DNA of 64,000 nucleotides from Podarcis melisellensis (lineage: Eukaryota): assembly GCA_964234715.1 (NCBI GenBank), contig OZ174279.1; one strand, given 5' to 3'. The notes beneath the pieces were generated by a model. That model did no database searches. It was not told the origin of the DNA and saw only the letters and a program-made list of their open reading frames with translations. Below, one piece after another: positions 12,701 through 26,000 of the stretch (its first letter is position 1; each line of letters opens with the position of its first letter). A program made the position numbers and the translations under genes.

Positions 12701-14149
12701 TCACTCTCTCTTTGACTTAATATTCTAGAAAGGTGCCCAAGAGCTTTTTAATTAAGAACAATAATTATATGCAAAGCAATGTATATATTATGAGAATACA
12801 GTAAGCACAGAAGATATATGCATGTTAGGCAACAAGGATGCATTCAAAGCAGCCAGTAAAGTCTACTGATAATATATCATGGCCTTTATCAATCTAGTGC
12901 CCTCTAGATGTTTTTGGACTACAATTACCATCAACCCTGACAAATGCACAGTGTTGTAGTCCAACATCATCTGGAGTTTAACAACTGAATGGCAACACTA
13001 CAAACTCCTAAATGAAACTAGCTGGGCCTTCACATAAGGAATTCTAGTTCCATAAATATAAAATGCAACGTAGAGAGTATCAAGTGCAAATGCACATTTT
13101 TTTAGAAGCAATAAAGGGGGGGGGGCTATTAAATACTCAGTCTGAGCACAAGGGGATAGACAGTCACTCTTTCACTTACATAGATATATACATATTTTGA
13201 AATTCATATTGTTTATCAGTGCTTAAAACCACCAATTTTCCACTGCAGTGTGTGTGTGTGTGTGTGGCATAATGCATGTGTGCAAGAATAATAACATAAT
13301 TATTTCTCCATCTCTGTATGACATGGGGCGAGCTTGTACATCTTTGAGTTGTGGGTAATGAACTTGTCTCAAATATGCTTGTTGCCAGGATGACTGCAGC
13401 AACTCTCTGAAGACACATGGTACCAAGATTTGGTATACATGAGGGAAACAAAGGGGAAGCACATGATCTTGAATAACAGCTCCTGAGAGGATAACCCATT
13501 ATATTTCCAGTATCTCTTGTTTAGTCCATTTTGATGCATTGGCAGCAAACACACTACTTGAAACAAGAGGTGAAGGACAGTGTAATGAAAGCAACACTAA
13601 GGCAAAAAAAATCAATAAATCAATATTATAGCACAGGGAATTAGGTTTTATTCCTCATTAGACCAAAGCAACTGGGCTCCTCACAGAGAGGTAGCAGTAG
13701 GAAATTAAAATCAAGAAAGAATCTAGTCCTTTGCACTTGTCTCAAAGTTTTTCTGCAATTCCAGTATAGCTGTTTTAGAGACAAGCGCAGAGCTTTCTGT
13801 ATGCAAGTTTTCTACTGGAAACATTTAATCATAATCTTGCAGCAACATAAATCACATTCCTGGATGTATTTTAGCGTGCGTTCGTATTAGAAATAATCAA
13901 TATATCGTACAACATCAACACGAGATTAAAAAAATACCAACAAAGATGAAAATGCTAAATAAACTTGATTCAGAATAATATGCCAGGGAGAATAAAAACT
14001 GAATACCAGCTGATTTCTTGAACAGCAACAGAACGGTATCAAAGAGGGGTGACACATTCCTCCCTAGATATGGAATTATAAAGCTAAGACACAGTAACAG
14101 AGAAGGCACTATTATACTCCAAGCAAATACAACTTGGATGTTGGAGGAA

Positions 14150-14600
14150 TGTGGTAGATGGTATCTCAGATGAGCAGACAGGCTCATATGAGAAGGTGGT
14201 TCTTAAGGAAGCCTCACCCCAAACCATTTAGGGCTTTAAAGATCATAGCAAGAACTATGAATTGGTCCTGAAAATGAATCTGAAACCAATAAAGCTGTTG
14301 ATATAAGAGTTATATGCACCTGATCATCAGCACCAGTCATCTATCTGACCACTGAATGGATCCTGGGCAAGCTGGAGCTTTCAGACACTTTTCAAAAGTG
14401 TTGAGAGGACTGCAGTAGTCTAACCACAATATAACTAAAGGCATGTGACACAACAGCCAAATCTGACTTCTTTAGGAATGGAAACAGCTGGCATACCCAC
14501 CTAAGCTGGACAAAACAGTTCCTTGTCACAGGAAGCACACCCAGACTGCCAACCTGAATGATTAATGGATGTGCTATTACATCCAACATGGGCTCCTGTC
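14150..14600 (-). mobile_element. Decayed L2 LINE ORF2 fragment
   Basis: Minus-strand translation QVGSLGV...CFVQLRWVCQLFPFLKKSDLAVVSHAF resembles the L2 ORF2 C-terminal region. Confidence 0.65.
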
Positions 14601-15892
14601 TTGCCAGGATTAAATGTCAATCCATTACTAACCTCCAGCACGGGGTCAGAACCTCAACAGCTTTTCCAAAATATGACAGAAAGGAAACATAATGTGGGGT
14701 GTTTTTTACATACTGGTGAAATTGTACTCCAAATCCCAGAACATCTCTCCCATTTTATGTAAATGTACATTTTATGTAGATGTTTAAAAACTTGGGGAAA
14801 CAGAATGGGGCGCCAAGGATTCTTGGCAGTGCTTAGAACTAGAAGTGGTTTCTTAAATCCCAGCTCTACAATTCTATGATTCTATTCTTGCTTCTACCTC
14901 TTCCCCTCAAAGCACTTATACTGAAAGAAAAGAAAGTTAAGCTTCTATATAAGTGGCCTGAAAACAATTCTTGTTTATTGATACACAAGAAGTTTGCCAT
15001 ACCAATTTTGATCTGTATGGAAGTCATAATGCATTTGCACAGGCTATTATTGCTGTAGTTACTGCAGCAATTACTACTGTGCACAGTCCTATGTTAGATT
15101 TGTTTGTACATGTCTCGTGGTATAATAGTCCCCAGAAAAGTTTGAGCTGTTGTATAACTTCTTGCTCTAGTTTAAAAAGCTCCACATTTAATTGCTACTG
15201 CTATGGTGTCACAGTAGAGCAAAACAGTATACTGTACCAAAAAAGGGAAAGAAATGTTTAAATATTTTAGAAAGCCACACAGTAGCATGTGTTTATTTGC
15301 TCACTTTTTTGTATCACCATTTGTATCACTTTCGCAACTGTAGAACAATATTCTGAAAGATACATTGTTTCCAGGTTATATTCTATTCAGGCACTGATCT
15401 GTTTAACTTCTGCTTAGCTAGGATGCAGCAACATGTATCATATATAGATAGTTGTCAGGGGGCTGATGATTGCAAAGTTAGGGGGGAACTCAAATTTGCC
15501 CATATGAAAAATATCCCTCCCAAGTAAATTACTAACCCGGGCAACTTTACTATTAGAATATTGATGTAGATGAAGCTTTGCTAGTTTATGCAGCTTTGGG
15601 TCATCCACGTATCTTTTCTTGCCAAAATCATGCCATTGCAATGGTTTTGTTATCACAAAACCTACATGTTACAGAAGTAAGCGTAAATGCTAACTTTTTT
15701 TTATTTGTGACCTTTACTATTTGATCTTGAAAGCTAAAGCTCACACAATTCAGATATGATGAAACCCATGTGTGCATCAATAAATCATAACATATCACTA
15801 TTGTGATGAGTTTGTGAAGGAACAAGGCAAGGAGAGTACTAATCACCATGCATTTAATGTACTCAGGTTGGTGTGGGTGGGTGTTAGAGGGG

Positions 15893-15933
<41 letters not shown>
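15893..15933. repeat. (GA)n/(GACA)n microsatellite
   Basis: Direct reading of the sequence. Confidence 0.95.
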
Positions 15934-15934
<1 letters not shown>

Positions 15935-18277
15935 GGTCTACATTTGCAAATCCATGGTGTATTACTTTTAGAACACATTGTCTCCAACACAGCTGCAAAC
16001 TCTTCTAGAAAAAATACTGTATTTGTTTTTTAAAATTTTAGTTTATAAACACAGTGCTTTTCTCTCCTTGTGCACAATGAACACAGTAAAGCATTTTGCT
16101 TTTCCTTGTCAGGCAGATGACACTTAAGCTGTCATAATATAATTTTCCTGTACTTAGGTTTGATGTCTAGCATAGTATGTTTATTCACATTTTTAGATGT
16201 GCCAGTAAATAAACCTGAGTCAGATATATTCAATTACATTTATTTTGTGGCTTTATTATTGGTAGGTGGTTCTTTTCTTAAACATGTATCTTCTGATACA
16301 ACATGCTTTCCAACTGCAAAGAGATAAAATGAAATATGAACACAAGCAGTGCCCAGAAGAAGGGTGTGTTATAGTATATTTATAAAATTCTGGTACATCT
16401 GACTTTAATTCCCATAAAATATAGAATGCTGGGGCTTTTGTCACAAGTTTAAAGGCTCAACTGATGCTTTCTCTCCCAGGCGTCTCCTATGGAATCACTT
16501 GGAGAAAATTTACTAAATGAACTCATCTGCCCTCAGAGTCAAATGATACAGGCAACCAAGTGCAAGTGGGCAGCAACTTCTGAAGAAGTTTTCTGAGTTT
16601 TCTCAGACTATTTCCTATCCATCCAATTGGATCATGTGCCACTGCAGCACTGTAGTGTCTGAGTTCAAACTACTGCAGTAGAATAGACTTCCCACCAACC
16701 CCCAAAACATGTTAATCTGAAAGCATTTTCTGAGCTGGCAGCAAGAGCTACTGAAATGTTATCTGCTTGAGGCAGACAGAATGAATACTTGCATTTAACT
16801 CAAGTTACTGAGTGTGCACATGCATGCAAGATGTTTTCATGATCAAAACTTGGGTCATTTTCAGGTGACACTAAAAATTCCTTTTATTTTGGGATCTGAC
16901 ACTTGTTATACATGCATGGCAATGCAGAATAGAAAGAGGAAGATAGACATTCTCAAACCAGATGTGTATTCTAGACAACAGCAATCTAAATTATAGATGT
17001 GGGAAATGCAAAAGCTGTTTGAGCATCACTTTTTTTAAAAAAAATGCCTTATGGCTAGAAGATGGGCAAATTTTACATTGTAATGCTTCAAGCCATAGTG
17101 TCTTATTTCTAAAGGTCCCAGTGTTCAGAGAAAGAACAAAATCATTATGTACTTTCTTTCCCATTAAAACTCAATAATGAAACATCTGATGAGTTCAGGG
17201 CTTTTATTAAAAAATAAAAACTTATGCTATGCAATTAATTTTTGTCTGTTAATAAGAAAATTACCCTCTCTTGATACACATACACCACAACTAATGAGGG
17301 TGTATGTTTTTATTTGTGAATTTTGATTGCCTTTCTTTGGGATATCTATAGATAGGTGAGATATGACCTGATCTTTGAAAGGCCCTTATTCCTTCTTGAG
17401 TCACTGCATTCTGAAATGCTTTCATGCTTTACCAAATACAAACCATAACTGTGTTGCTTGAGAAAAAGCTAGCCAACTATAAAGTTACAGTAAAAGATCT
17501 GTGCATCTTCATATTATGTTAGGCAAAGACTCTATTATTCCAACACTGCTCGCCCATCATCAATGCTTTCTGGAGACCAAGTTACATTATATCCAAGATG
17601 CAAGTGCAACCTGGCTTTCTTTGTTGACAATTACAGCCCCTACTGCCAGAGGAAACTGAAGGGGATCATGCCTGAAGGGAACAAACTGTCTTTCTGCACC
17701 TGTTGTTTATCTCTGCTTTTCTCTCTCTTGCTAATTTTCCATAGGAGTTACGGAACATGTTCCATAGTAGCTTCTGCTTACAGCAGCATCCCTCAACTTA
17801 GTGCCCTCTGGATGTTCTAGTCTAGACCACAACTCAGTCAGTATAGCAACCAGAATGCTCAACAGCTTTTTCAGGGTGACAGTGATTCTACCATATAGCC
17901 TGGCTCTGAATAAAATAGAGGCAATGCCTTCATGTTAAGACTATATCTTCTCAGTAGGAAGCCCTGCCTCTAAATTCCAAATGCGTGTCATACTGGTGGT
18001 AAAGGGTGCTAAAAATACTCTTATTGCTTAGTACATTCCAAGCTTGATAGTCACCTTCCTTCATCTATAACCATGAGCTTCCTCACAAATAATAAACTGT
18101 TCAGTGTGTTGTTGTTGTTTTCTTTTAAAGATCAATATAGCAACATGATTGATGCAGTATCAGTAGAGAGCCCACCTCTTTTCTTGCTAAGAAAGCATTT
18201 TTATATGCTTTCCCAAGTTTCAATCAGGGCTGATTCACATCATTCTATGTGTTGAGTGTTGTGGTTTTGCAGGACTA

Positions 18278-19195
18278 CAGGTGAAACTCGGAAAATTAGA
18301 ATATCGTGGACACGTTCATTTATTTCAGTAATTCAACTTAAAAGGTGAAACTAATACAGTATATGAGATATAACTCCCCAAATCTCTTTTCTGATGAGAG
18401 TAGCTTTTGCATCTCATTTGGAAACCAAGGACCCAGAGTCTGGTGGAAGAATGGGGAGGCACACAATGTCAGATGTTTGAAGTCCAGTGTGACGTTTCCA
18501 CAGTCTGTGTTGATTTGAGGAGCCATGTCATCAGTTGATGTTGGTCCACTGTGCTTCATTAACTCCATGGTCAACGCAGCCGTCTACCAGGACTTTTTGG
18601 AGCACTTCATGCTTCCTTCCACAGACGAGCTTTATGGGGATGCTGACTTCATTTTCCAGCAGGACTTTGGCACCTGCCCACACTGCCATAAGTACCAAAA
18701 CCTGGTTCAATGCCCATGGGATTAATGTGCTTGATTGGCCAGCAAACTTGCCTGACCTGAATCCCATAGAGAATCTATGGGGCATTGCCAAGAGAAAGGT
18801 GAGAGACACGAGACCAAGCAATGCAGAAGAGCTGAAGGCTGCTATTGAAGCTTCCTGGTCTTCCATAACACCTCAGCAGTGCCAAGTACCATAACACCAC
18901 AGCAGTGTCAAGTACTGAGTACGTATGCATGCTTCTACTTCTCAGAGGTCCAATGTTGCTCTGTTTGCAGTCCTTGTTTTGCTGATTTCATTTAATATTC
19001 TAATTTTCTGAGATTGTTAATTTGGGGTTTTCATCAGCTGTACGCCATGATCATCACAATTATAACAAATAAAGGCTTGACATATCTCACTTTGCATGTC
19101 ATGAGTCTATCTCATATATTAGTTTCACCTTTCAAGTTGAATTACTGAAATAAATGAACTTTTCCATGATATTCTAATTTTCCAAGTTTCACCTG
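18278..19195 (+). mobile_element. Tc1 DNA transposon, internally deleted
   Basis: TA TSDs at 18276-77 and 19196-97; ~100-bp imperfect TIRs CAGGTGAAACTCGGAAAATTAGAATATC... and ...GATATTCTAATTTTCCAAGTTTCACCTG. Confidence 0.92.
18384..18882 (+). pseudogene. Tc1 transposase catalytic domain (DD34E), disrupted
   Basis: LFSDES...VLI*GAMS...FIFQQD [+1 frameshift near 18666] LAPAH...WPANLPDLNPIENLW. There are 34 residues between the second D and the E; the DNA-binding domain is absent. Confidence 0.92.
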
Positions 19196-20371
19196 TAGTT
19201 CTCATGCCATTGCCAAAGCATTTTATAGATTTGTCAATCATATTGGCTTACTGCCAAGTACAGAGAAGAATTTTAGAGCATATTGAAATATATGAATGGT
19301 CAGTCTGTGATAAACAGCTTCAAACAAACCTGCACATCACATTCCTGTTCCAGTTTGACAAACTTTTAATTATATCACCACCAACCTATTGCTACTATAG
19401 TGGAGAGTTCTGTACCATTCAGGGCTCCCCCCCCCCCCGGCAGATTAACATATCACATATAAAACTGCAATGCTAGCAAGTTATGTACACCTTTGAGGAA
19501 TGGTTTTAAATTGGCTTTTGAGCATCTGATTAGGAAATTTTGATTACAAGTCTTTGAATAATAAGCATTTAAGAAGTAGGCAAGCTTATCAAGACACCCA
19601 AAACAGATATGTGAATGTAGGGATCCACTTGTTTGTTTGTCAATGAGGGCATTTTAACACTGACTACTAACACAAGTTCTCAACACAGCCTTATAATAGT
19701 TATATAATATAATAAAACAGACAAGAGTTACTTGGGAAGAGCAAAAATGTATACCGGTTTCCGCTGTTTTCAGTTGTTTGAACTGCTGAATCACTGGACC
19801 ATGGTGGATCCCAGAGGAAATAAATCCCAGACTGGAAATGGCTGTAGCAGCACACAGACACATGTCCCTCATAAACTAGGAGCTCCTTACTGGGCTGTAG
19901 CAAATCATCTTTCTCAACCTCTGGTGGCAGAAACAAGAGGCACCAGCGAGCAAGAGTGTTCATTTGCCCCACCCCAACAAGTCTTCATTCAGATGTTTCA
20001 ACTGCCACATTCTAAGTGCTGTCTTAGCCATCCCTTGATTTGTTGCTGCCAGCCACCAACCTACTGCAGTTCCCCAAGTCATCTGGCATGTGAAAAATGC
20101 TCTTGGAGAGATGTGATATCCCAGGGAAAATTAGATAAGATGCTGCTCACTCCAAGTTTTTTGGCAGACATGTATTTCAATGTAAAAGAGAACTTAAGCA
20201 AAGGGGCCTGCACATGATGAAGCACCCTGCTGGCTAGAGGTCCAGGTGCCCTTAACACCTGGCAAGCAAATTTATCTGCATGAAAAAAGTGTGGAATAAG
20301 CACATACATGCCATTATCAAAAAATTCAGACTAGGTCTCTCAGCCTAAATAGACTATGATCCTGCATAGAC

Positions 20372-20487
20372 CTATAGAATTTCAGGGTTGGAAGGGACCC
20401 TGAGGATCATCTAGCTCAAACCCATGCAAAGCAGGAATACGCACCTGTCGCTTATAGGGATCAAACCTGCAACCTTGGCATTATCTT
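20372..20487 (-). mobile_element. tRNA-derived SINE with CR1-type tail (Squam2-like), degraded
   Basis: atagaatttcagggttggaagggaccctgaggatcatctag (CR1-type tail, reverse complement) joined to gggatcaaacctgcaacctt (B-box region, reverse complement). Confidence 0.55.
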
Positions 20488-23117
20488 TCATAACCTTGTT
20501 ATATTGTGCTCACTGCTCTGGCACAATGGACGAAGGGACCATCAAGTCTAGAGAAGGAGAAGCTCACACCCCAGAGTTACCACTAGCCATTTCTTCATCC
20601 AATAAATGCTTCTAACCTGGCAGCCCACAAACTTACTGCCATTCAGTAGGGTGACAAAGGCTTCAACAAGGAGCTAACTCAGTGCAGTCAAGCATTGGGG
20701 TAAAGAACGAGAAGCACAGGTACAAGTACCTTTGGTCAGTCATTAGCATTGTTGGTTCAGTTCTCATTTCTATGCAGGGACACAGCTAGAGAGCAAGATC
20801 AAACATGGAATGAAGACAGATTCAAAAACAACCATCTCCCTTGGAAGTGTTTAGCATTTGTGCAGCCATTACCTCTTCCATCAAGACAGTCCTGAAAATA
20901 AACAACTTAAGGAGAATAATGTGGCAAGCAAACACCCAGTGGAAGCACAGGCAGGGAAGAAACAAGGCCATCTACTGCTGCTGAAAACCAATAGGAACCA
21001 TTGTTAGCACACATCCCTTCTCTCTCCACAGACAGGCATCCTTCCTACTGCACTCAGAGAAACTAGCAAGATGCTTTCCCTTGATCCACACAGGAAGCAA
21101 AACAGAACTAAAGCAGCGCTATCAGCAAAAAAGACAAGTGGAACACTAGATTGTGTTGTACTGCCGTGATATACCTGTTAACTTTCCATATCAATAATGC
21201 TTTAAGTGACACAACTCCATTTCTTTTTATAGCAGTTAACAATGTTGGGAAAGGGAAAGTAAGAGCATGAGAAGATAAATAGCTCCGAGGAGCTATTTCT
21301 ATTAAAGAAAGCAAATGCATTACTTGTAAGTACCCATATACTACAAACAACTGCAAACATGCTCTTGAATCTCATTGCACATATAATTATTTGCACTGTC
21401 AAGAGACTCCCCACCCTCCTTGAATACTGTTGCTACTAGGAAAGATGTGCCACTTGAAAGTACATTAAAGTAGAACGGAAAACCTTACTGACAATGGCAT
21501 AACCCTAAGCAAAAAGAGAGGGAGAAGTAATTTGTGCTATGCAAAAAAAATCACATTTGCAGGAACCACTTCAGATATCATGCCATTTCAATATTTTAAG
21601 TACTTGCAAGGTTAGGTACTTTATTCAAATAAATTGGGAGTTAGTCACCATGTCTTCCAGAGGGTGGCATAAGTGGGGCTTCCAACACAAACACAAGATA
21701 CAAGCGATAATATCTGCTAACTAAAGTCCAGTTTCCGTATTTATATAATACACCATGCAATCTTTTAAACCACATTCTCCCCCATTCATTTTTTTGTTTG
21801 TTTCTATTCTGGAATCTCACATTGTGGAGAATTTTATCTATAAATTCAAAATATAAAGAAAGTTTAAAAATTGCATTCAACATGTGGAATTACATGCACA
21901 AATCACAGACCCTGACAGTGTGAACACCAACCAAGCATTGTTGGGAGACTTGCCATTCCATCATATTTTACTCTGTTGTTGCCAGTGATTCTTCTTTCCA
22001 ATATACTGCAAGCTATTGCTGCAGCCAGGAGAGCTACACAGTATGCAAATTGAAGAGAACCATTCTCACAGCATTTTCCTCTTTGAGTACAGTTGTTGGC
22101 AGAAGAGGCTTAGTTAACTAAATATCTAGTCAAGTTGCTTGATTAATCAATACAAAATTTGATACTAGATTTTTATAACATGATAATTTTGCTACAAGCT
22201 TCTTGCCTGAGTTAAAAGAAACATTAATCATCTGCCCCATCAGACTGGCCGTGTTTTTGTCAAAGTTGTTATTCAACATGGCATGTCCTCCATGGAAATA
22301 TCAAAATGCAGAATAAAAACTGTCAGATTATGTTTTTATTCCAAGTGGAAATGAGCACCTCAGCAGAATAATAAGGAATGGATTTCTTCATATACCTCCA
22401 ATTATTAAATGACATTTTTAATAAATCAACATCTATTTGAGTTCCTGGCCTGAGTTTTGCACTTTAAAAATCAATAAACTTTGTTCGTTAGCAACATGGC
22501 ACTGAGCTTCCTAGTAGAAGAGTGGAGTGGAAATGTTACAAAATAAAACAAATAATGAATCTCCAGCATTCAAACACTAGCAGCAGTAACCTTATGCACA
22601 CTTATTTGGGTACTAGTCCCATAGATTTCACTGGGACTTACTTCTGAGTAAACATGCACACGGTTGGGCTGCATAAATATGAAACCCTTTGCTATAGTTA
22701 ACACAACAGATCTCATTAAACCTCTGACCCAGTTGAGGAGCCGTCTCCCATTTCAGAGCAAAATTGCTTTACTGATATATTATGTGCTGATCCACCCCAT
22801 CTTTAAAGTGCTGCGCTCTCTCCCTCCGCTTTGCTATTAAACATCCACCAAGACAAAAAAGCTCTGCTGCTCTGGGAAAATCTAAATGATGGATCTCGCC
22901 AGCTAGAAACATCACCTGTAGTGCCAAAACCACACAATTCTAACAGGGGAGGGCGGGGAGTAAACAGTGTGCGTTCTGCAAATATCCTGGAGAGTGTGGG
23001 GTCATCTGCCGGGACTTCCAGCTACAGAACAAGCAGGCTGCTGGTGCTTCTGTAGTTCTGGCAGAATGCATGCTGCCTCCCATCCCCGAGAAAGGCTTGC
23101 TTCCACTCACTGCTTAC

Positions 23118-23218
23118 TGGTCCATAGGCAAACAGGAGCGGAGCCAAAACCGGGTGGGGTGCGCGCTCTCTCCCTCTCTCCCTCTCCCCCCCCCTCTCTC
23201 TCTGCCTTTACACCGAAT
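23118..23218 (-). other. Candidate alternative 5'-UTR exon
   Basis: Acceptor ccttcttccccctcAG|ATT and tandem donors CCA|GTAAGC and GCA|GTGAGT, 7 nt apart, on the minus strand. Confidence 0.4.
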
Positions 23219-23847
23219 CTGAGGGGGAAGAAGGCACGTGCGAGACAGCAGAGAAGGCAGCCAGCATTATTCCACTCCCACCAACGAGATCGGAAATGAA
23301 ATGTAACAGAAGCCTATGTCTCCCGCGCCAAGTCTTACAAGAACAGAATACTAACGGGTTCATTTCTCTCTCTCTCTCTCTCTGACCGATTATTACCATA
23401 TGCAGATAAGCAAAGCACACAGGCGCAGCAGGAGCAGCTCCCTTCGCCTTCACATCCTACCCGGCGCAACTTTTTGCTTGGGAAACAGGCGACGATCACC
23501 ACGCCAGGGCAATGCTTCTCTCCCCTAGTATTTGCTTTAGCAGAAATGGTGTTTCGTCTCAGATTCAGGAAGAACAGCGCGAGAACGGTGCTCGCTCTCC
23601 CTCAACTCTCAATGCCCATCAGCCACAGAAATAGGGAAAGTCACGCCTCTCTCTAATTTCATCATGGCTCTTTGCTTCTTTACCTACTCAGAACTTACTC
23701 CACTCCGCTGAAGATGCCTAGTAAGCATCTTGAGTAACTTTAAGGGTTTCTATTTGAGGACGATCGCCTCAGAATAAACTGGAGGAGGGGGGGAGTGAGA
23801 TTTGCCTTTCATTACATTCATTACATTTTGCTCCCTCCTCCACTAAG

Positions 23848-23966
23848 GAATCATGAGCTGGAAGGGGACCACCAGGGTCATCTAGCCCAACCCCCTGCAA
23901 TGCAGGAATCTCTGGAGCCCACCACCCTGGGACGAAGAGTCTCACGCCCTACCGACTGAGCTATCT
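23848..23966 (-). mobile_element. tRNA-derived SINE with CR1-type tail (Squam2-like)
   Basis: Minus strand starts GATAGCTCAGTCGGTAGGGCGTGAGACTCTT (tRNA-like A box) and ends ...GGGCTAGATGACCCTGGTGGTCCCCTTCCAGCTCATGATTCC. Confidence 0.65.
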
Positions 23967-24099
23967 CACATCTTACATGTTAAAAGGTTAAATGTTGGCG
24001 TGAGGAATGGAAGCCATGGTGGGCAAAAAGCTCTCACCACGGGCGAAGCTTCTGGCCGAATGAGACACGCCGCCGTGCTACATGCAGAAAGGAAGGGAA

Positions 24100-26000
24100 A
24101 ACTTTTACTAGCAGAAGGTGCTGTTGCAACAGCTTGAAATGGGGGGGGGGGGGAGGGAAGGGAGAGCATTCCAGCTACCAACCCTTTCGCACCCATATCT
24201 GGCACCCTGCGCCTCACGTCACACACTACCCATCCTGAAAAATGCTGTCCTCATTTTATTGCACGACACGGGGCGATTTCTGCCTGCGCGGCTTCATCGA
24301 GGGGTTGGGCTGGATGACCTTCAGGCACCCCCCCCCCTTTCTCGGCTCAGTGACAACAGTTGCCTTGGCAGCGCAGGGCCTGGCTCGGCTTCTTCGGCAC
24401 GCGAGGGAAGCGAGAGGGAAACGCAACTTGGATCCTACTCCCCCCCTCCACCCTCCCATCCCATCCTCACCGAAGCCCACCGACGGCAACTTTCCGGCAT
24501 CGCCAACGGACACTGCAGCAACGCGAGAGCAAGAGGACGAGCAGCCCAAAAGGAGCGCTTCAAGGAGACGCGGCCGTCTTCTGCCTCCACCTGGACGCGC
24601 GGAGCGGGGTTGTTCTTACCTCAGCAGAAGCCACCTCAGCACAGCCGGCGGATAATCCCCTGCCCGCTCGGGCGGCCGGCGGCGCTTCCCCTCAGAAGCT
24701 GCTCCTCTCGCTGCCAATGCGAGGCGAAGCGACGTCTTCTTCCGCGACGCCCTCCGTCCTCGCGCTTCTCCCTCCCTCCGCCCGCCCGCCTCGCTTGGGC
24801 GCCACCTGGGCTGAGGGAAGCCGCTTTGCCCCCCGCGCTCCTTCCCTCAGTCAGTCCGCGGGCATCTCTCCACAGGAAGAGGGCGACGACGACGACGCTT
24901 CGCCCGGGCTGCAGGCTCGCTCTTCTTCTGCCCGGAAACAGGAGTCTTTGAGAAGGGAGAGCGAGGTGGGGGAAGAAGAGTAGCGGGAGATAATAATAAT
25001 AATAAAAACTTTGAGGTAAAAAAAAAGGGGGGTGAGGACGTAACGTTTAAGGCAGAGAGGGCGGGATGTCGGGGGAGAGACTGAGCACGCGCCCCGCGCG
25101 CTCGAGGAAGCGCCGCGAGTGCTCCGCGCGAAGAGGCGCTTCTTGGCCGAGCCTCCCGGCGAGGGGAAAGGTGTCCCCTCCCACCATCCAGGGCAAAGGG
25201 AGCTTCGCTGAGCGAGGACGAGCGACGGAGGAGGCGCCTGCCAAATCCTGAGAGAAGCGCGGGGTCGCCTCGACACGGTAAATCGAGGGGGTGGCTGGGG
25301 GTCAGGGGAGACCGGCCAGTTTTCGCTCTCCTCCTGCAGCAGCAGCAGCAGCAGAGGAAAGAGAAGAGCGCGGAGGGAGGGAGAACTGGAGGAAGCCGCG
25401 AGGAGGCAGCAGGTTGCAGCAGCCCTTCTTCAGCCGAGCGGGCGGCGGCGGCGGCGGGGCTCTGGGCTCGCTCCCTCTCGCTGGCGCAGGCGGAGGAGGA
25501 AGGCGGCAAGACGACGGCGGCGTCGTTCCTCAGGAGTGAGGGATGGCCGGTCGGCTTCAGATCAGGTGGGCAGGGAAGCTCGGAGAAGATTCATGGCGCG
25601 CTGTCAAGAGGGGTTTGGACACGCCGTCCTCCTCCTCCTCGGCTGTTTCACGCTCCCCGGAGTGAGACGGACGTCGCCGGCGCTGCCTCGGAAGGAGAGG
25701 CGAAGCCTTGCCAAAGCGGCAGTGTGGCCACGAGCGGCAAGGCGGGCTCTTTTTCAGATTCTCTCGCACGCGTACGCCTCGCACACGTGCTCTGATGCAA
25801 GGGCGCAGGGGTGCCTCGGAGGGATCGCTTGGCATGGGGCTCTTGCTTTGGCGTGGGCTGCTGATGGCACTCCCCCCCCCCCAAAAAAAAAAACTGGCTC
25901 GCGAGTACGCCAACCTCATGCCAAGAACAGCGAAGGGAGAGAGCTGTCATCGGCTCATATGATATCCTCTTCGGAGATTCTCGTCCCAGGCGATGGCTCC
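24100..26000. promoter_or_regulatory. CpG island / promoter of a minus-strand gene
   Basis: ~1.9 kb of very GC- and CpG-rich non-repeat sequence in an AT-rich, CpG-depleted background; (GGC)n and (CAG)n runs, GC boxes, E-box CACGTG near 25784. Confidence 0.9.
24620..25500 (-). other. Candidate non-coding first exon (5' end uncertain)
   Basis: Strong donor GCTGAG|GTAAGA at 24620/24619 on the minus strand near the island edge, co-oriented with the other candidate exons. The TSS cannot be placed from sequence. Confidence 0.55.

Noticed and set aside
17187-17215. Other CTGATGA/CTGAAGA matches as hammerheads (also ~44007, 48021, 63478)
   Set aside because: No stem II followed by GAAA and a cleavage triplet.
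23848-23966. tRNA gene (also considered at 38990, 42002 and 62810-62882)
   Set aside because: The tRNA-like heads continue into SINE bodies and LINE-derived tails and do not form complete cloverleaves.
2091-25500. Assigning a gene symbol to the minus-strand gene
   Set aside because: Only putative UTR exons are present and I do not recognise them; a database search is needed.
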